This document shows, in pieces, positions 10,011 through 19,650 of a DNA stretch of 64,000 nt. The DNA is taken from the NCBI GenBank assembly GCA_963741945.1, contig CAVUKA010000005.1, forward strand, positions 512,001 through 576,000. Reading direction: 5' to 3'. A model generated the notes under the pieces. It was not told the origin of the DNA and ran no database searches. It saw nothing but the letters and a program-made list of their open reading frames with translations. How positions within the stretch are numbered: position 1 is the stretch's first letter; every line of letters starts with the position of its first letter. Source of the stretch: an uncultured Gemmatimonadales bacterium. Lineage in GTDB: Bacteria > Gemmatimonadota > Gemmatimonadetes > Longimicrobiales > RSA9. The position numbers were made by a program, and so were the translations under genes.

Positions 10011-10520
10011 ATGCGGATGTCCGCCCCGGAGCTCGGCGACAACCTGGCTCAGCTGGTGTGGGAAAGCTTCTCCGACTTCATCGAACGGCGGGGTCTCCCC
10101 GCGCCGGATGAAGGCGGCGATGCGGCAGTCCTGGTGATCCCCACCGTAGAGCCGGAAGAAGCGCTGATCTTCTTCATGTGGCTTCACACGCGTACCTGCC
10201 AGCAGGCGTTCAGCGCATCACCGGACGCGGTGCGCGAAGTGCTGGATGCGATGCACCACGCGTTGTACGAGGACATGGCCGCAGGCTCGTTCTCCCGCGT
10301 CCAGCTCCCCCTCTTCGAACAGCGGGTCAGCGCGCGCTACACCGAGTACTACGGATCGGCTTCGAACCAGACGGACGAGAAGGTCGTGGAGGTGGCCGCC
10401 CGCCACGTGCTTGTCAACGGCAAGCCCCGGCCGGGGATCACACTGGACCTGGCGGAGGCCGCGACCGTCACGGCGGGACCGTTGAGGGACTTCCTGGAGG
10501 ACATCGAGCTGATCGGCTGA
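10011..10520 (+). CDS. Hypothetical helical protein
   Basis: ATG with GGAGG RBS; 169 aa; coding-like composition; no family recognised. Confidence 0.7.
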   Translation: MRMSAPELGDNLAQLVWESFSDFIERRGLPAPDEGGDAAVLVIPTVEPEEALIFFMWLHTRTCQQAFSASPDAVREVLDAMHHALYEDMAAGSFSRVQLPLFEQRVSARYTEYYGSASNQTDEKVVEVAARHVLVNGKPRPGITLDLAEAATVTAGPLRDFLEDIELIG

Positions 10521-10558
10521 CGGGCGGGTGCGGCCGGGGCTTCAACCCCCGCCCGACC

Positions 10559-10768
10559 TCACGGAGCGGGATCCTGCGGCGGCTCGCCGGGATCCCGCTC
10601 CTGCCATTTCACCCATTCGAACGCCGTGTGGCAGCGGTTGCACCAGTACGTGGAGACGGACAGCGCGCTGCCGAACGGAGCGTGCAGCTCGGTGTCGTCG
10701 CCCCCGCAGAACGTGCACGGAACGCGCTCGGGAAGACCATAATCGCGCGGGTCGAAGCGGGGCGGCAT
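10559..10768 (-). CDS. PaaD-type C-terminal zinc-ribbon domain as a stand-alone protein
   Basis: 'VPCTFCGGDDTELHAPFGSALSVSTYWCNRCHTAFEWVK' with two CxxC pairs; start overlaps the paaC stop. Confidence 0.75.
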   Translation of the reverse strand: MPPRFDPRDYGLPERVPCTFCGGDDTELHAPFGSALSVSTYWCNRCHTAFEWVKWQERDPGEPPQDPAP

Positions 10769-11562
10769 CAGTCCAGCAGGAACGCGCGGTTCCGGTCGCC
10801 ACGGATGCGGGCAATGGTCTCCTCGTCCGGTGCGCCGCCGCCGATCCGGCGGCGGACGGGGTCGAAGCCCGTCAGGTCCGGCGCCGGGTCCGGATGGCTC
10901 AGCCCCACGCGGTCCAGCAGCGGCGAGACGCGATCCAGGAAGCGACGCCGCAACTCGCTCCCCGTCGCATCGGCCACGCCCGCATCCACCAGCATCGCGC
11001 CGGCGCCTTCATCGGTCCCGAACCATGCGAGGACCGGCTGGAGCATACGCTCGATGGCCGCGCTCAGCGCCGCCCTCGAGCTGTCGCTCCCGTCCGCGAG
11101 GCGCCGCAGCCACGCCCCGCCATGCGCGGAGTGGAACCGCTCCTCGTCGAGCATCTTCTCCACCCGCTGCCGGAGCGGCACGTACGACGACCCGCTCAGC
11201 GCCTCGAACTGGACACAGAGCGCGCCATCCGCCAGCACCATCAGCGCCACGACACCGGGCCATCCATCCGGCGGAGTGTCGAGCGCGGCCATCGACCGGT
11301 ACGCCGAAGCCGCGCGGCCGTGCTCCAGCGCCTCCACGTCCTCGTCGAAGTCCTTCAGCAGCGCATAGAGGAGCCGTGCGTGGCCCCACTCGTCCTGGGC
11401 CATGGAGGAGCAGGCGATCCCCGTCTCCAGCTCCGGTGCGCCCAGCATCCACTCGGCGTACCGGTAGCCGAGCAGGCGCTTGCTGTCGGCGAGCACGAGG
11501 ATGAGGTCGCCGACGGCGGCGAGGGTGGCGTCATCCAGAGCGGCGCCGGGCTGCGTGCTCAT
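10768..11562 (-). CDS. paaC: 1,2-phenylacetyl-CoA epoxidase subunit C-like (ferritin-like fold)
   Basis: 'LADSKRLLGYRYAEWMLGAPELE...AQDEWGHAR...EERFH' in a paa gene cluster. Confidence 0.8.
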   Translation of the reverse strand: MSTQPGAALDDATLAAVGDLILVLADSKRLLGYRYAEWMLGAPELETGIACSSMAQDEWGHARLLYALLKDFDEDVEALEHGRAASAYRSMAALDTPPDGWPGVVALMVLADGALCVQFEALSGSSYVPLRQRVEKMLDEERFHSAHGGAWLRRLADGSDSSRAALSAAIERMLQPVLAWFGTDEGAGAMLVDAGVADATGSELRRRFLDRVSPLLDRVGLSHPDPAPDLTGFDPVRRRIGGGAPDEETIARIRGDRNRAFLLD

Positions 11563-11765
11563 CCGGCCTCCACGGGCTGGCCCCGGTCCGCGGTGAAGAC
11601 TTCGTGCAGGTCGTCCCGCGCGACGACGTACATGTCGAACCAGCGCTCTTCATCGTACGTGCTGAACGCGTAGACGCGCGCCAGCTCGGGCTCCGGCGCG
11701 TTCAGGTTGCCGATGTGCCGGAGCGGCTCACCCCGGGATTTCCTCGCGAAGACCTCGAAGATCAT
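11559..11765 (-). CDS. paaB: 1,2-phenylacetyl-CoA epoxidase subunit B-like
   Basis: 'FEVFARKSRGEPLRHIGNLNAPEPELA' is the PaaB signature; ATGA overlap with paaC. Confidence 0.8.
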   Translation of the reverse strand: MIFEVFARKSRGEPLRHIGNLNAPEPELARVYAFSTYDEERWFDMYVVARDDLHEVFTADRGQPVEAG

Positions 11766-11792
11766 GGTCCCTTCCTGGCTTCGTGGCGGTTC

Positions 11793-12206
11793 CTATGCGG
11801 CCACGCCAAAGCGGCGGAGCGTGGCCCTGCCATCCTCGGTGATCATGGCGCGCGTCCACGGTGGATCCCATACCACTTCCACTTCGACCTCCCGCACCCC
11901 GCGCTGCCGCAGGAGGCGATCACGGACGTCCGCTTCCATCATCGTCATGCAGGGGCACGCCGTTGCCGTGAACGTCATCGATACGGCCACTCGCCCGTCC
12001 GCCTCGCGGATGTCGTAGATCAGCCCCATGTCCACCACGCTGATGGGCAGCTCCGGGTCGATCACCTCTTTCAGCGCCCGCCAGTGCCGCTCCGTTCCGG
12101 GACGCACGATCACGTGATCGAGCAGCGGCGCGCCCACCACCGCATTGAGCGCGGGGCCGCGCACGCCGGGGGGCGCAGCAGCGGAGCGGTTCGACTCGGG
12201 CGGCAT
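11793..12206 (-). CDS. paaD: PaaD/DUF59 metal-sulfur cluster assembly domain protein
   Basis: 'ALKEVIDPELPISVVDMGLIYDI...MTFTATACPC...VWDPPWT...ITEDGRATLRRFG'. Confidence 0.85.
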   Translation of the reverse strand: MPPESNRSAAAPPGVRGPALNAVVGAPLLDHVIVRPGTERHWRALKEVIDPELPISVVDMGLIYDIREADGRVAVSMTFTATACPCMTMMEADVRDRLLRQRGVREVEVEVVWDPPWTRAMITEDGRATLRRFGVAA

Positions 12207-13147
12207 CACGCGGCCAGGAGCCGGTTCACGTCCAGGTGGCTGCGGCGCACGGATTCCACGTACCGCTCGTTCATCGGGCCGCGCGCTTTCCAGCGGTCGA
12301 ACACGTCGTCCCAGCTGATCTCACCGCCGCCGAAATCCCAGATTTTCGCCTCGGCGTCGTACTGGCAGGGGAACGGGTAATCCAGCACATACTGCTCCGT
12401 GCTCCCGTCGAAATGGGCGGGAACCTCGATGCCGATCGACTCGCACAGCGGAACGGTGGCGCTCATCCACGTCTGCCGCAGCTGGTCGTTGGTGAGCCCC
12501 TTGAGCCGGTAGTCGAGCTGATCGCTGTGGCGCTTGAGATCGTCCGGCAGCCCGAACCACTCCACCGTCATCGGGAACATCCAGTCCACCGCGCGCTGCA
12601 GCCGTTCCTTGGCTTCACCACCGGCCGCCGACAGCCGCCGCATCCAGACTTCGCCGTGCCGCAGGTGGAAAGTCTCCTCCATGTCCACTTTCACCAGCGC
12701 CCGCTTCAGCGGCCCGTAGCTCGTGTTGTGGAACACGTCGGAAAGCAGCGTGATCCCCGCGCGGTCGAAGAAGCCGTTCGCCGTGACCAGCTCCGCCCAG
12801 TCCTCGAGCGGCTGGTCGAAGCCGTACGGGTGCTTGAACTCGTGGGGCTCGCGACCGTAGAGCAGGTGCTCCTTGTCATGCCCCATGTCCTCGAGGATCC
12901 GATACGCGATGTTCGCGTGCGCCAGCTCGTCCTGGATGATGGCGACCGCGCTCACCATGGTGTTCGTCGATGGGGCGGCCTGCGCCGCGCCCCAGTAGGC
13001 GGGGGCGCTCATGAGCTCGGTGTCCCCCTGCACCAGCAGCTGGACACTCAGCGCCTTCCGGTATCCGGGCGTCATCTCGTCCGGAGACTCCAGGAGGTAG
13101 CCGTCCTGTACCTTCTGCTTGAGCTCTTCCTCGGTGTACCGGGTCAT
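12206..13147 (-). CDS. paaA: 1,2-phenylacetyl-CoA epoxidase subunit A-like (di-iron)
   Basis: 'ESPDEMTPGYRKAL', 'GDTEL', 'QDELAH', 'SYGPLKRAL', 'EETFH'; start MTRYT at 13147. Confidence 0.85.
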   Translation of the reverse strand: MTRYTEEELKQKVQDGYLLESPDEMTPGYRKALSVQLLVQGDTELMSAPAYWGAAQAAPSTNTMVSAVAIIQDELAHANIAYRILEDMGHDKEHLLYGREPHEFKHPYGFDQPLEDWAELVTANGFFDRAGITLLSDVFHNTSYGPLKRALVKVDMEETFHLRHGEVWMRRLSAAGGEAKERLQRAVDWMFPMTVEWFGLPDDLKRHSDQLDYRLKGLTNDQLRQTWMSATVPLCESIGIEVPAHFDGSTEQYVLDYPFPCQYDAEAKIWDFGGGEISWDDVFDRWKARGPMNERYVESVRRSHLDVNRLLAA

Positions 13148-13297
13148 GCGGGCTCCTGCGGGTAAGGTGAGGGCCATCAAAGCTAGTCGCGTCAATCGTG
13201 CTCCGCAAAACCCGGACGACCAGCCGTCCTCCACGGCCTGTTCCTTGCTCCTGCCCTCCATGACAGCGGAAGCATCGTACCCGGAACAGCGAGCATT

Positions 13298-15838
13298 GTG
13301 GCCACGGCAGACAAGCCTTCGGACGCGGGTCGGCGGAAGAAGAAGAGGGCCGGCCCATTCTCATGGACCGCCGTCGTGGTGGCAGTGTTCGTGGTGACCC
13401 TCATCACCGCGGGTGTGTTCGTGGCCGCGTACGAGACCTGCTCGTTCCGGGGCTGCCCGTCCGTGGCGGGGATCAGTGGATTCATCCCCGATCAGGCTTC
13501 GGTGGTGCTCGATCGGAACGGGAAGGAGGTCGCGCACCTGTTCAAGGTGAACCGCGTGGTCGTGGCCCTCGACTCGCTCCCCGACTACGTACCCGAGGCC
13601 TTCGTCGCAACCGAGGACCAGGACTTCTACCACCACGGCGGCGTCGACTGGTCGCGCGTCCTCGGTGCGCTCTGGCAGAACATCAGGGCCGGCGGGATCG
13701 AGGAGGGATTCAGCACCATCACCATGCAGGTGGCGCGGAACGTCTTCCCGGAGCGACTCCCGGTCCGCCAGCGGACGCTGAACCGGAAGATCTCCGAGAT
13801 CAGGGTGGCCCGCGAGATCGAGAGCCGGTTTACCAAGGACGAGATACTCGAGCTCTATCTCAACCAGATCTACTTCGGCAGCGGGGCGTGGGGGATCGAG
13901 GCGGCGTCCCAGGAGTACTTCGGCCACCCGGCGACGGAGCTCACGCTGGGCGAAGCGGCACTGCTCGCCGGACTGCCGCAGGCACCCTCCCGGCTCAGCC
14001 CGCGGGAGGACATGAAGGCCGCACTGGAGCGCCGGAAGACCGTGCTCCGCCGGATGGTGAGCAGCGGCTACATCACCCGCGAGAAAGCCAGCGAGGTGGA
14101 AGACACCGTGCCCGAGCTGGCGCGCGGCAGCATGGACTCCGAGAACCCGGCGCCGTACTTCGTCGAGCATGTCCGCAGGCTCCTGGAAGACCGCCTGGGC
14201 GATGGCCTGTACACGGAGGGATACCAGATACACACCACCCTCGACCTGGATGCGCAGTCGGTGACCCGGCGAGAGCTGACCGATCAGCTCGACGCCATCG
14301 AGAAGGGGCGCTACGGGTACTACAATCACCCCGCCTTCAACGCGGACGAGGCCGAGGGCGCACAGCCGGACACAGCCGCCTCGGCCCCGTACCTCCAGGG
14401 GGCCGCCGTGGTGATGGCCGCGCACTCGGGCGATGTCCTGGCCATGGTCGGGGGCAGGGACTTCGAAGCGTCCAAGTTCAACCGCGCCACACAGGCGATG
14501 CGGCAGCCCGGGAGCGCGTTCAAGCCGTTCGTTTACGCCGCTGCCATCCAGGCCGGCTACCCGCCGACCACGATCCTCGAGGATACGCCCTACCGCCTCG
14601 TCCAGAACGGTCGCGTCTGGGAGCCGAAGAACTACGATGGGAGCTATTCCGGCGAGGTCACCATGCGGGAAGCCCTGGTCCACTCGAAGAACGTGGCCAC
14701 CATCCGCCTCGCCCAGGAGGTGGGGCTCGACCGCGTCATCGACATGGCCCGGAACCTGGGCATCTCCGGGACCATCCCCCACTACCCGTCGATCGCCATT
14801 GGCGCGGCCGATGTCAACCTCGTCGAGATGGTGGCCGCCTACTCCACGTTCGCCACGCTCGGAGACCGGCCCACCCCCCGATACATCACGAGCGTCACGG
14901 ACCGCACTGGCCGTATCGTCCTCCAGGTCCCGCCGCGCACCCGCCACGTGCTGGCCTCGGATGTGGCTTTCGTCACCATGGACCTCATGCGCGGGGTGGT
15001 GGACCGCGGAACCGGGTACGCCGTCCGGCAGGTGGGCTTCACCCGGCCCGCCGCCGGAAAGACAGGCACCACCAACGAGTCCGCCGACGCCTGGTTCATC
15101 GGCTTCACACCCGACGTCACCACGGGCATCTGGATCGGGATGGACCGGCCGCAGCGGATCATGCACGGCGCCACCGGTGGCAGGCTGGCCGCGCCCGTCT
15201 GGGGAGGGATCATGCGCGCCGTGGACTCCCGCGGCGAAGACTGGACACCGCCGCCGGGCGTGGAGCGCTTCCTCGTCGACCCGCAAGGAGACATCTATTC
15301 CGAGAACTGCCCCGTGACCGCCAGCGTCCAGCAGGAGTATTTCCTCCGCGGCACCGTCCGCCCCCGGGACTGCAGCGGCTACGGCTATCCGTATGGCTAC
15401 GACTCCCTCTATTACGATTCGACGTACCAGCGCGAATCCGAATCATCCTGGTGGGACCGGCTCCGCCGCCGCGTCCTGGGTGGCGACGAGGAGCCGGAGC
15501 AGCCGACGCGGCCGCCGCGCCAACAACGGCCGGACACCATCATCCTCCGACAACCGCGGCAGCCCCACCGCGACACCGTCCGACTCCGACGCGACACGAT
15601 CCGGCTCGAGCCGGACACCGGCCTCGTCCGCCACGACACGGCGAGCCCCGGCCAGGACACGGTTCCACACGAGGGCCCCGGGCGTCCCGGGAGCCGCCCC
15701 GTCGAGCCGCGCCCGGACACTTCCGGCACGCCCCCCGGGCCTGCGGCCGCCGACAGCCCCTCCGGGGAACACATGTTGCACCCCTCCGCCTCCACCACGG
15801 CACGGCCGCAGGACGGCCGAACGGGCACCGGAGGGTGA
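13298..15838 (+). CDS. Class A penicillin-binding protein (PBP1A family)
   Basis: GT51 motifs EDQDFYHHGGVD, STITMQVARN and RKISE; transpeptidase SAFK, SKN and KTGT; low-complexity C-terminal tail. Confidence 0.95.
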   Translation: MATADKPSDAGRRKKKRAGPFSWTAVVVAVFVVTLITAGVFVAAYETCSFRGCPSVAGISGFIPDQASVVLDRNGKEVAHLFKVNRVVVALDSLPDYVPEAFVATEDQDFYHHGGVDWSRVLGALWQNIRAGGIEEGFSTITMQVARNVFPERLPVRQRTLNRKISEIRVAREIESRFTKDEILELYLNQIYFGSGAWGIEAASQEYFGHPATELTLGEAALLAGLPQAPSRLSPREDMKAALERRKTVLRRMVSSGYITREKASEVEDTVPELARGSMDSENPAPYFVEHVRRLLEDRLGDGLYTEGYQIHTTLDLDAQSVTRRELTDQLDAIEKGRYGYYNHPAFNADEAEGAQPDTAASAPYLQGAAVVMAAHSGDVLAMVGGRDFEASKFNRATQAMRQPGSAFKPFVYAAAIQAGYPPTTILEDTPYRLVQNGRVWEPKNYDGSYSGEVTMREALVHSKNVATIRLAQEVGLDRVIDMARNLGISGTIPHYPSIAIGAADVNLVEMVAAYSTFATLGDRPTPRYITSVTDRTGRIVLQVPPRTRHVLASDVAFVTMDLMRGVVDRGTGYAVRQVGFTRPAAGKTGTTNESADAWFIGFTPDVTTGIWIGMDRPQRIMHGATGGRLAAPVWGGIMRAVDSRGEDWTPPPGVERFLVDPQGDIYSENCPVTASVQQEYFLRGTVRPRDCSGYGYPYGYDSLYYDSTYQRESESSWWDRLRRRVLGGDEEPEQPTRPPRQQRPDTIILRQPRQPHRDTVRLRRDTIRLEPDTGLVRHDTASPGQDTVPHEGPGRPGSRPVEPRPDTSGTPPGPAAADSPSGEHMLHPSASTTARPQDGRTGTGG

Positions 15839-16444
15839 ATGCAGCATACCGACATCCGGAAGAAGCGACGGTCGTACTGGCCCTGGGTGCCCGGGGTGGT
15901 GGTGCTCGCGCTCCTGCTCTGGGGCGTCACCGGCCTGCTCAGCGACGACGGGCCCGCTGACAGCCCGACGGCCAGCGCGGACTCGGCTGCCGACTTCACC
16001 CGGCCGGCACGCATTCCCGCCCCGCCGCGCGCGCCGTTCCGCGGCCCGTCCTCGCCCAGCCTGGACCAGCTGGCGCCTCTCGATCAGAGCGCGGTCAACA
16101 AGCAGGCCCACGCCACCGGAAGGATCGTGGCCATCGACGATGATGGCGCCTGGTTGAGGACGGGGTCCCGCATCATCCGCGTAGCCCCGCCGCGGGGCCT
16201 CGGCCGCGGGGACAGCGTCACGGTGGAAGGCCGACTCCGAAGCGCGGCCGGAGAGGCGGCGGCCACTGCCATTGCAGGCGATACGGCGCTCCAGCAGGCC
16301 GTGGTGCGCCGGCTGAAGCTCGTGCCGGATTCCGCCGGGATCCGGCGAATCGGACCGGCCGCGGCCGTGAGCGCCGGGAGCGTGGCGGGTGACGAAGCCG
16401 GTCCCGCCCGGGAGCGGAACCCATCCGCCCGTCCGGGGCTATGA
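15839..16444 (+). CDS. Hypothetical membrane-anchored protein (possible OB-fold)
   Basis: ATG directly after the PBP stop; N-terminal TM (WPWVPGVVVLALLLWG); 'ATGRIV...GDSVTVEGRL'. Confidence 0.6.
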   Translation: MQHTDIRKKRRSYWPWVPGVVVLALLLWGVTGLLSDDGPADSPTASADSAADFTRPARIPAPPRAPFRGPSSPSLDQLAPLDQSAVNKQAHATGRIVAIDDDGAWLRTGSRIIRVAPPRGLGRGDSVTVEGRLRSAAGEAAATAIAGDTALQQAVVRRLKLVPDSAGIRRIGPAAAVSAGSVAGDEAGPARERNPSARPGL

Positions 16445-17349
16445 TGACCTGGAGCAGAATGAAGGTGGACGCGATGAGATGGTACAGCGGAATAGCCCTG
16501 GCGGCACTGACGGCGGCATGCGTGGCCCGGCCGGCGAGCGCGCAGGAGTGGCAGGTGGCCCGACAGAGCTTCGCCTTCGCGGGCGCCTCCCTGAAGGTCC
16601 ACGTGGACGTCGACGCCGCAGGATCGATCCAGATCCTGCGCGGCGCACCCGGCTCGGTGCACGTCGCCGCCCGCACGGAGCATGGCTTCACCGACGCCGG
16701 TCTCACGGCCACCGAGCTGCTCACCCTCGCCGCCTCCGGGCCCGGGCCTGTTGACTACATTGTCAGCATCCCACAGGGCGTCTGGGTCTCCCTCCAGCTC
16801 CCGGGACGGGTCATGCCCGAGTCCATCGGCAGCTGGGACAGCGGCGGCACCTTCCAGTGGACTGGACGCGAAGCCCCCGCTGCGCCAGCTGCGAGCGCCG
16901 GCGCCGGCGCAGCGCTCCGGAGCACCCCGGCGGAGGGCGCCTTCGACACACAGCTCTTCACCACCTACACCGCACCCGCCCCCGCACGCACCGTCAGCGT
17001 CGACAACCTGACGGCCGTTCGGAGCATCACCGTCCGGCTCCACGGAAGCGATTTCCGCATCGGCTCCAGTCGGCCCCTGGCCGTGGAGCCCGGAGACCCC
17101 GAACGCATCGAGATTCGACCGGCCGGCGGACCCCTGGACCTCGTCGTCCAGCTGCCCGAGGGCGCCCTCGACTTCACCCTCATGGCCGGTGGCGACGCCG
17201 CCCTGGTGGTCCGCGGCGACCGCGCCGCGCCGCTCTGCTCCCCCTACACGGACCAGCAGTTGTCCGACGGCCAGCGATGGGTCACCTTTACCCCTGCCGA
17301 CGGAACGCTCCGCTGTACCCGCGACCGCACGACACGGCACGAAGGTTGA
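16441..17349 (+). CDS. Hypothetical secreted beta-rich protein with an internal duplication
   Basis: Signal peptide (ARPASAQ); 'GPVDYIVSIPQG' and 'GPLDLVVQLPEG' repeat; the true start may be a later ATG. Confidence 0.65.
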   Translation: MMTWSRMKVDAMRWYSGIALAALTAACVARPASAQEWQVARQSFAFAGASLKVHVDVDAAGSIQILRGAPGSVHVAARTEHGFTDAGLTATELLTLAASGPGPVDYIVSIPQGVWVSLQLPGRVMPESIGSWDSGGTFQWTGREAPAAPAASAGAGAALRSTPAEGAFDTQLFTTYTAPAPARTVSVDNLTAVRSITVRLHGSDFRIGSSRPLAVEPGDPERIEIRPAGGPLDLVVQLPEGALDFTLMAGGDAALVVRGDRAAPLCSPYTDQQLSDGQRWVTFTPADGTLRCTRDRTTRHEG

Positions 17350-17394
17350 CCCCTTCATTGCCATGACAGTACCCACCCCGCAGAGGAGGCTCTC

Positions 17395-17913
17395 ATAGCC
17401 AGGACCCGCACCCGCGTAAACGACGACATCCGCATCAGCCCCATCCGACTCATCGACCCCGAGGGCGAGCAGCTCGGCATCGTACCGCTGGATCAGGCGC
17501 GACAGAAGGCCACCGAGCTCGGCCTCGACCTCGTGGAGGTCGCACCCCGCGCTCGTCCTCCCGTCGTCCGCATCATGGACTGGGGGAAATACCAGTACGA
17601 GCAGCAGAAAGCGGCCAAGGAAGCCAAGAAGAAGCAGCACACCTACGAGCTCAAGGAAGTGAAGTTCCGACCCAAGACGGACGAACACGACCTGGACTTC
17701 AAGGTGCGCAACGCACGACGCTTCCTGAAGAAGGGCCAGCACGTCCGCATCACCGTCCGCTTCCGCCGCCGCGAGATGCGGCGCCCCGAGAACGGCGCCC
17801 GCGTCCTCGACGAAGTGGCCGAGCGCCTCGACGATGTCGCCACCATCTCCAGTCGCGACCGCGGCCTCCAGGGGCGGGTCATGCAGATGACCCTCGAGCC
17901 CGAGGCCGATTAG
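17395..17913 (+). CDS. infC: Translation initiation factor IF-3 (non-canonical ATA start)
   Basis: In-frame upstream of the tracked ORF: ATA GCC AGG ACC...RVNDDIRISPIRLIDPEGEQLGIV...LGLDLVEVAP...IMDWGKYQYE...KEVKFRP; GAGGAGG RBS at 17383-17389. Confidence 0.93.
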   Translation: MARTRTRVNDDIRISPIRLIDPEGEQLGIVPLDQARQKATELGLDLVEVAPRARPPVVRIMDWGKYQYEQQKAAKEAKKKQHTYELKEVKFRPKTDEHDLDFKVRNARRFLKKGQHVRITVRFRRREMRRPENGARVLDEVAERLDDVATISSRDRGLQGRVMQMTLEPEAD

Positions 17914-18219
17914 CCTCCTGGAGCCCCCGGGCCGCGCCGCTTCCAGCCCCCAGCTGAGCGGCGATCAGCGGCGCCACCCTGCGCGGCCGCCACCTCTTCG
18001 CCCCCCCGCATCTTGCGGCCCGGAACCGTTCTCCTTACATTTCAACGCGGATCGAAACAGCCCTTGCGCGCAGGGGCACTCGACCCTATATTTCAATGTC
18101 GGTTGAAGGGACGGGCTCGGTTTTTCGCTGGCGGGCGAAGCCGGGCCCACCGCTTTGGCGGTACGGGAATTGACGGGGCGGCGGTCCCCTGGTGTGACTC
18201 AGAGGCGAAGGGGTTGTGA

Positions 18220-18837
18220 ATGGCCATTACGAAGTCTGGAGAGACGAAGCAGGTGTCGCTGTTGGAGATGAGTGACAGCGAGCTGGTCGCGGCTCACCTC
18301 GAGGGTCATCCGCTGGCCTTCTCCGAGCTGTACAACCGGTATCGGGACCGCCTGGTGCACTTCATCGCGCGCAAGACGGGGGACCGGGACCGGGCGGAAG
18401 ACCTGGTGCAGGAGGCGTTCGTGCGCGTCACGCGGCACCTCCACCGTTTCGACCAGTCGAAGAAGTTCTCGACGTGGATCTACACGATCTGCTCGAACCT
18501 GTCGAAGAACGAGCTTCGGAACCGGTCGCGCAGCCCGCTGGTGCTGTTCCAGAAGCTGACCACGCGCTGGGAGCCGGATCACCGGCCGCTCCAGTTCGAG
18601 GATTCGGCGATGAAGCCGGACAAGCTGTACCGGAACCGGTACCTGGAAGAGATCGTGGAGAAGACGGTCTCGGAGCTGCCGGAGCACCATCAGCTGGTTT
18701 TCCGTCTGCGGGAGCTCGAGGGCAAGAGCTACGAGGAGATCGCGGAGATCACGGGTGTGAACCTGGGGACGGTGAAGAGCCGGCTGCACCGGGCGCGCAC
18801 CAGCTTTGCCGAGATGATCGAGCCGCTGCTGAACTAG
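18220..18837 (+). CDS. ECF RNA polymerase sigma factor
   Basis: 'AEDLVQEAF...FSTWIYTI...LRELEGKSYEEIAEITGVNLGTVKSRLHRAR'. Confidence 0.95.
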   Translation: MAITKSGETKQVSLLEMSDSELVAAHLEGHPLAFSELYNRYRDRLVHFIARKTGDRDRAEDLVQEAFVRVTRHLHRFDQSKKFSTWIYTICSNLSKNELRNRSRSPLVLFQKLTTRWEPDHRPLQFEDSAMKPDKLYRNRYLEEIVEKTVSELPEHHQLVFRLRELEGKSYEEIAEITGVNLGTVKSRLHRARTSFAEMIEPLLN

Positions 18838-18883
18838 CCCGCTGAGCCGCGCTTCGCCCAGGGCCGCGCTCCTGCGTCCCATC

Positions 18884-18917
18884 GAACCCGTCCGGGCCAC
18901 CCCGCCCGGACGGGTTC
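18884..18917 (+). terminator. 14-bp stem hairpin after the first ECF sigma gene
   Basis: GAACCCGTCCGGGC (18884-18897) pairs with GCCCGGACGGGTTC (18904-18917). Confidence 0.55.
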
Positions 18918-19067
18918 CTGGTTTCACGCCGTGGTTTCGCTCCGGTTCTTCGTGCGCTTCGCGATCGCCGTGATCTCCATGACACGGTGCGCTCCGTTGC
19001 TGTCCTCGGCGGGAATCGAGGGACCCTGACGTTCTTCATCCCGGAGCCAGGCCTTTCCATCTATCTT

Positions 19068-19095
19068 TCCAACCATTCCGGGCCTCGCCCTATCT
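19068..19095 (+). promoter_or_regulatory. Candidate ECF-type autoregulated promoter
   Basis: TCCAACC-N16-TATCT just upstream of the ATG at 19107; an AAC-containing -35 with a 16-nt spacer is typical of ECF promoters. Confidence 0.3.
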
Positions 19096-19106
19096 CACAC
19101 AACGGA

Positions 19107-19649
19107 ATGACTGAAACGGCCGAGATGCTCCGAACAACGGACGCCGACGACGTCGAGCTCGCGATCGCGGGGGACACCCGCGCGTTCGAGCGGCTGTACC
19201 GGCAGCACGTGGGACGAATCCATGGCCTGGCGGGGCGGATGGTCGGGAACGGACTGGCGGACGACGTGACGCAGGACGTTTTCGTTCGGGCCTGGGAGAA
19301 GCTGGAGCTGTTCGGTGGCCGGTCTTCGTTCGGGACGTGGCTGTACCGGCTCGCGATCAACGTCTGCCTGGCGCGGCGCACGAAGGCGGGCAAGCGGCGG
19401 GAGCGGTTCCTCCCGGACGAGCTGGCGCTGCAGCGGGCGACGGCACCCCCGTCGCACCCGGAGCACCGGCTGGATCTGGAGCGGGCAATGGATCGTCTGC
19501 CGGCCGGCATGAGGGAGGTGTTCGTGCTGCATGATGTGGAAGGGTTCAAGCACCGGGAGATCGGGGACATGCTGGGGATATCCGCCGGGACGTCGAAGTC
19601 GCAGCTGCATGAAGCGCGAATGGCGCTCCGGTCGCACCTGAGGGCCTGA
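19107..19649 (+). CDS. ECF RNA polymerase sigma factor
   Basis: 'GDTRAFERLYRQH...DVTQDVF...FGTWLYRLAIN...VFVLHDVEGFKHREIG...GTSKSQLHEAR'. Confidence 0.95.
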   Translation: MTETAEMLRTTDADDVELAIAGDTRAFERLYRQHVGRIHGLAGRMVGNGLADDVTQDVFVRAWEKLELFGGRSSFGTWLYRLAINVCLARRTKAGKRRERFLPDELALQRATAPPSHPEHRLDLERAMDRLPAGMREVFVLHDVEGFKHREIGDMLGISAGTSKSQLHEARMALRSHLRA

Positions 19650-19650
19650 G

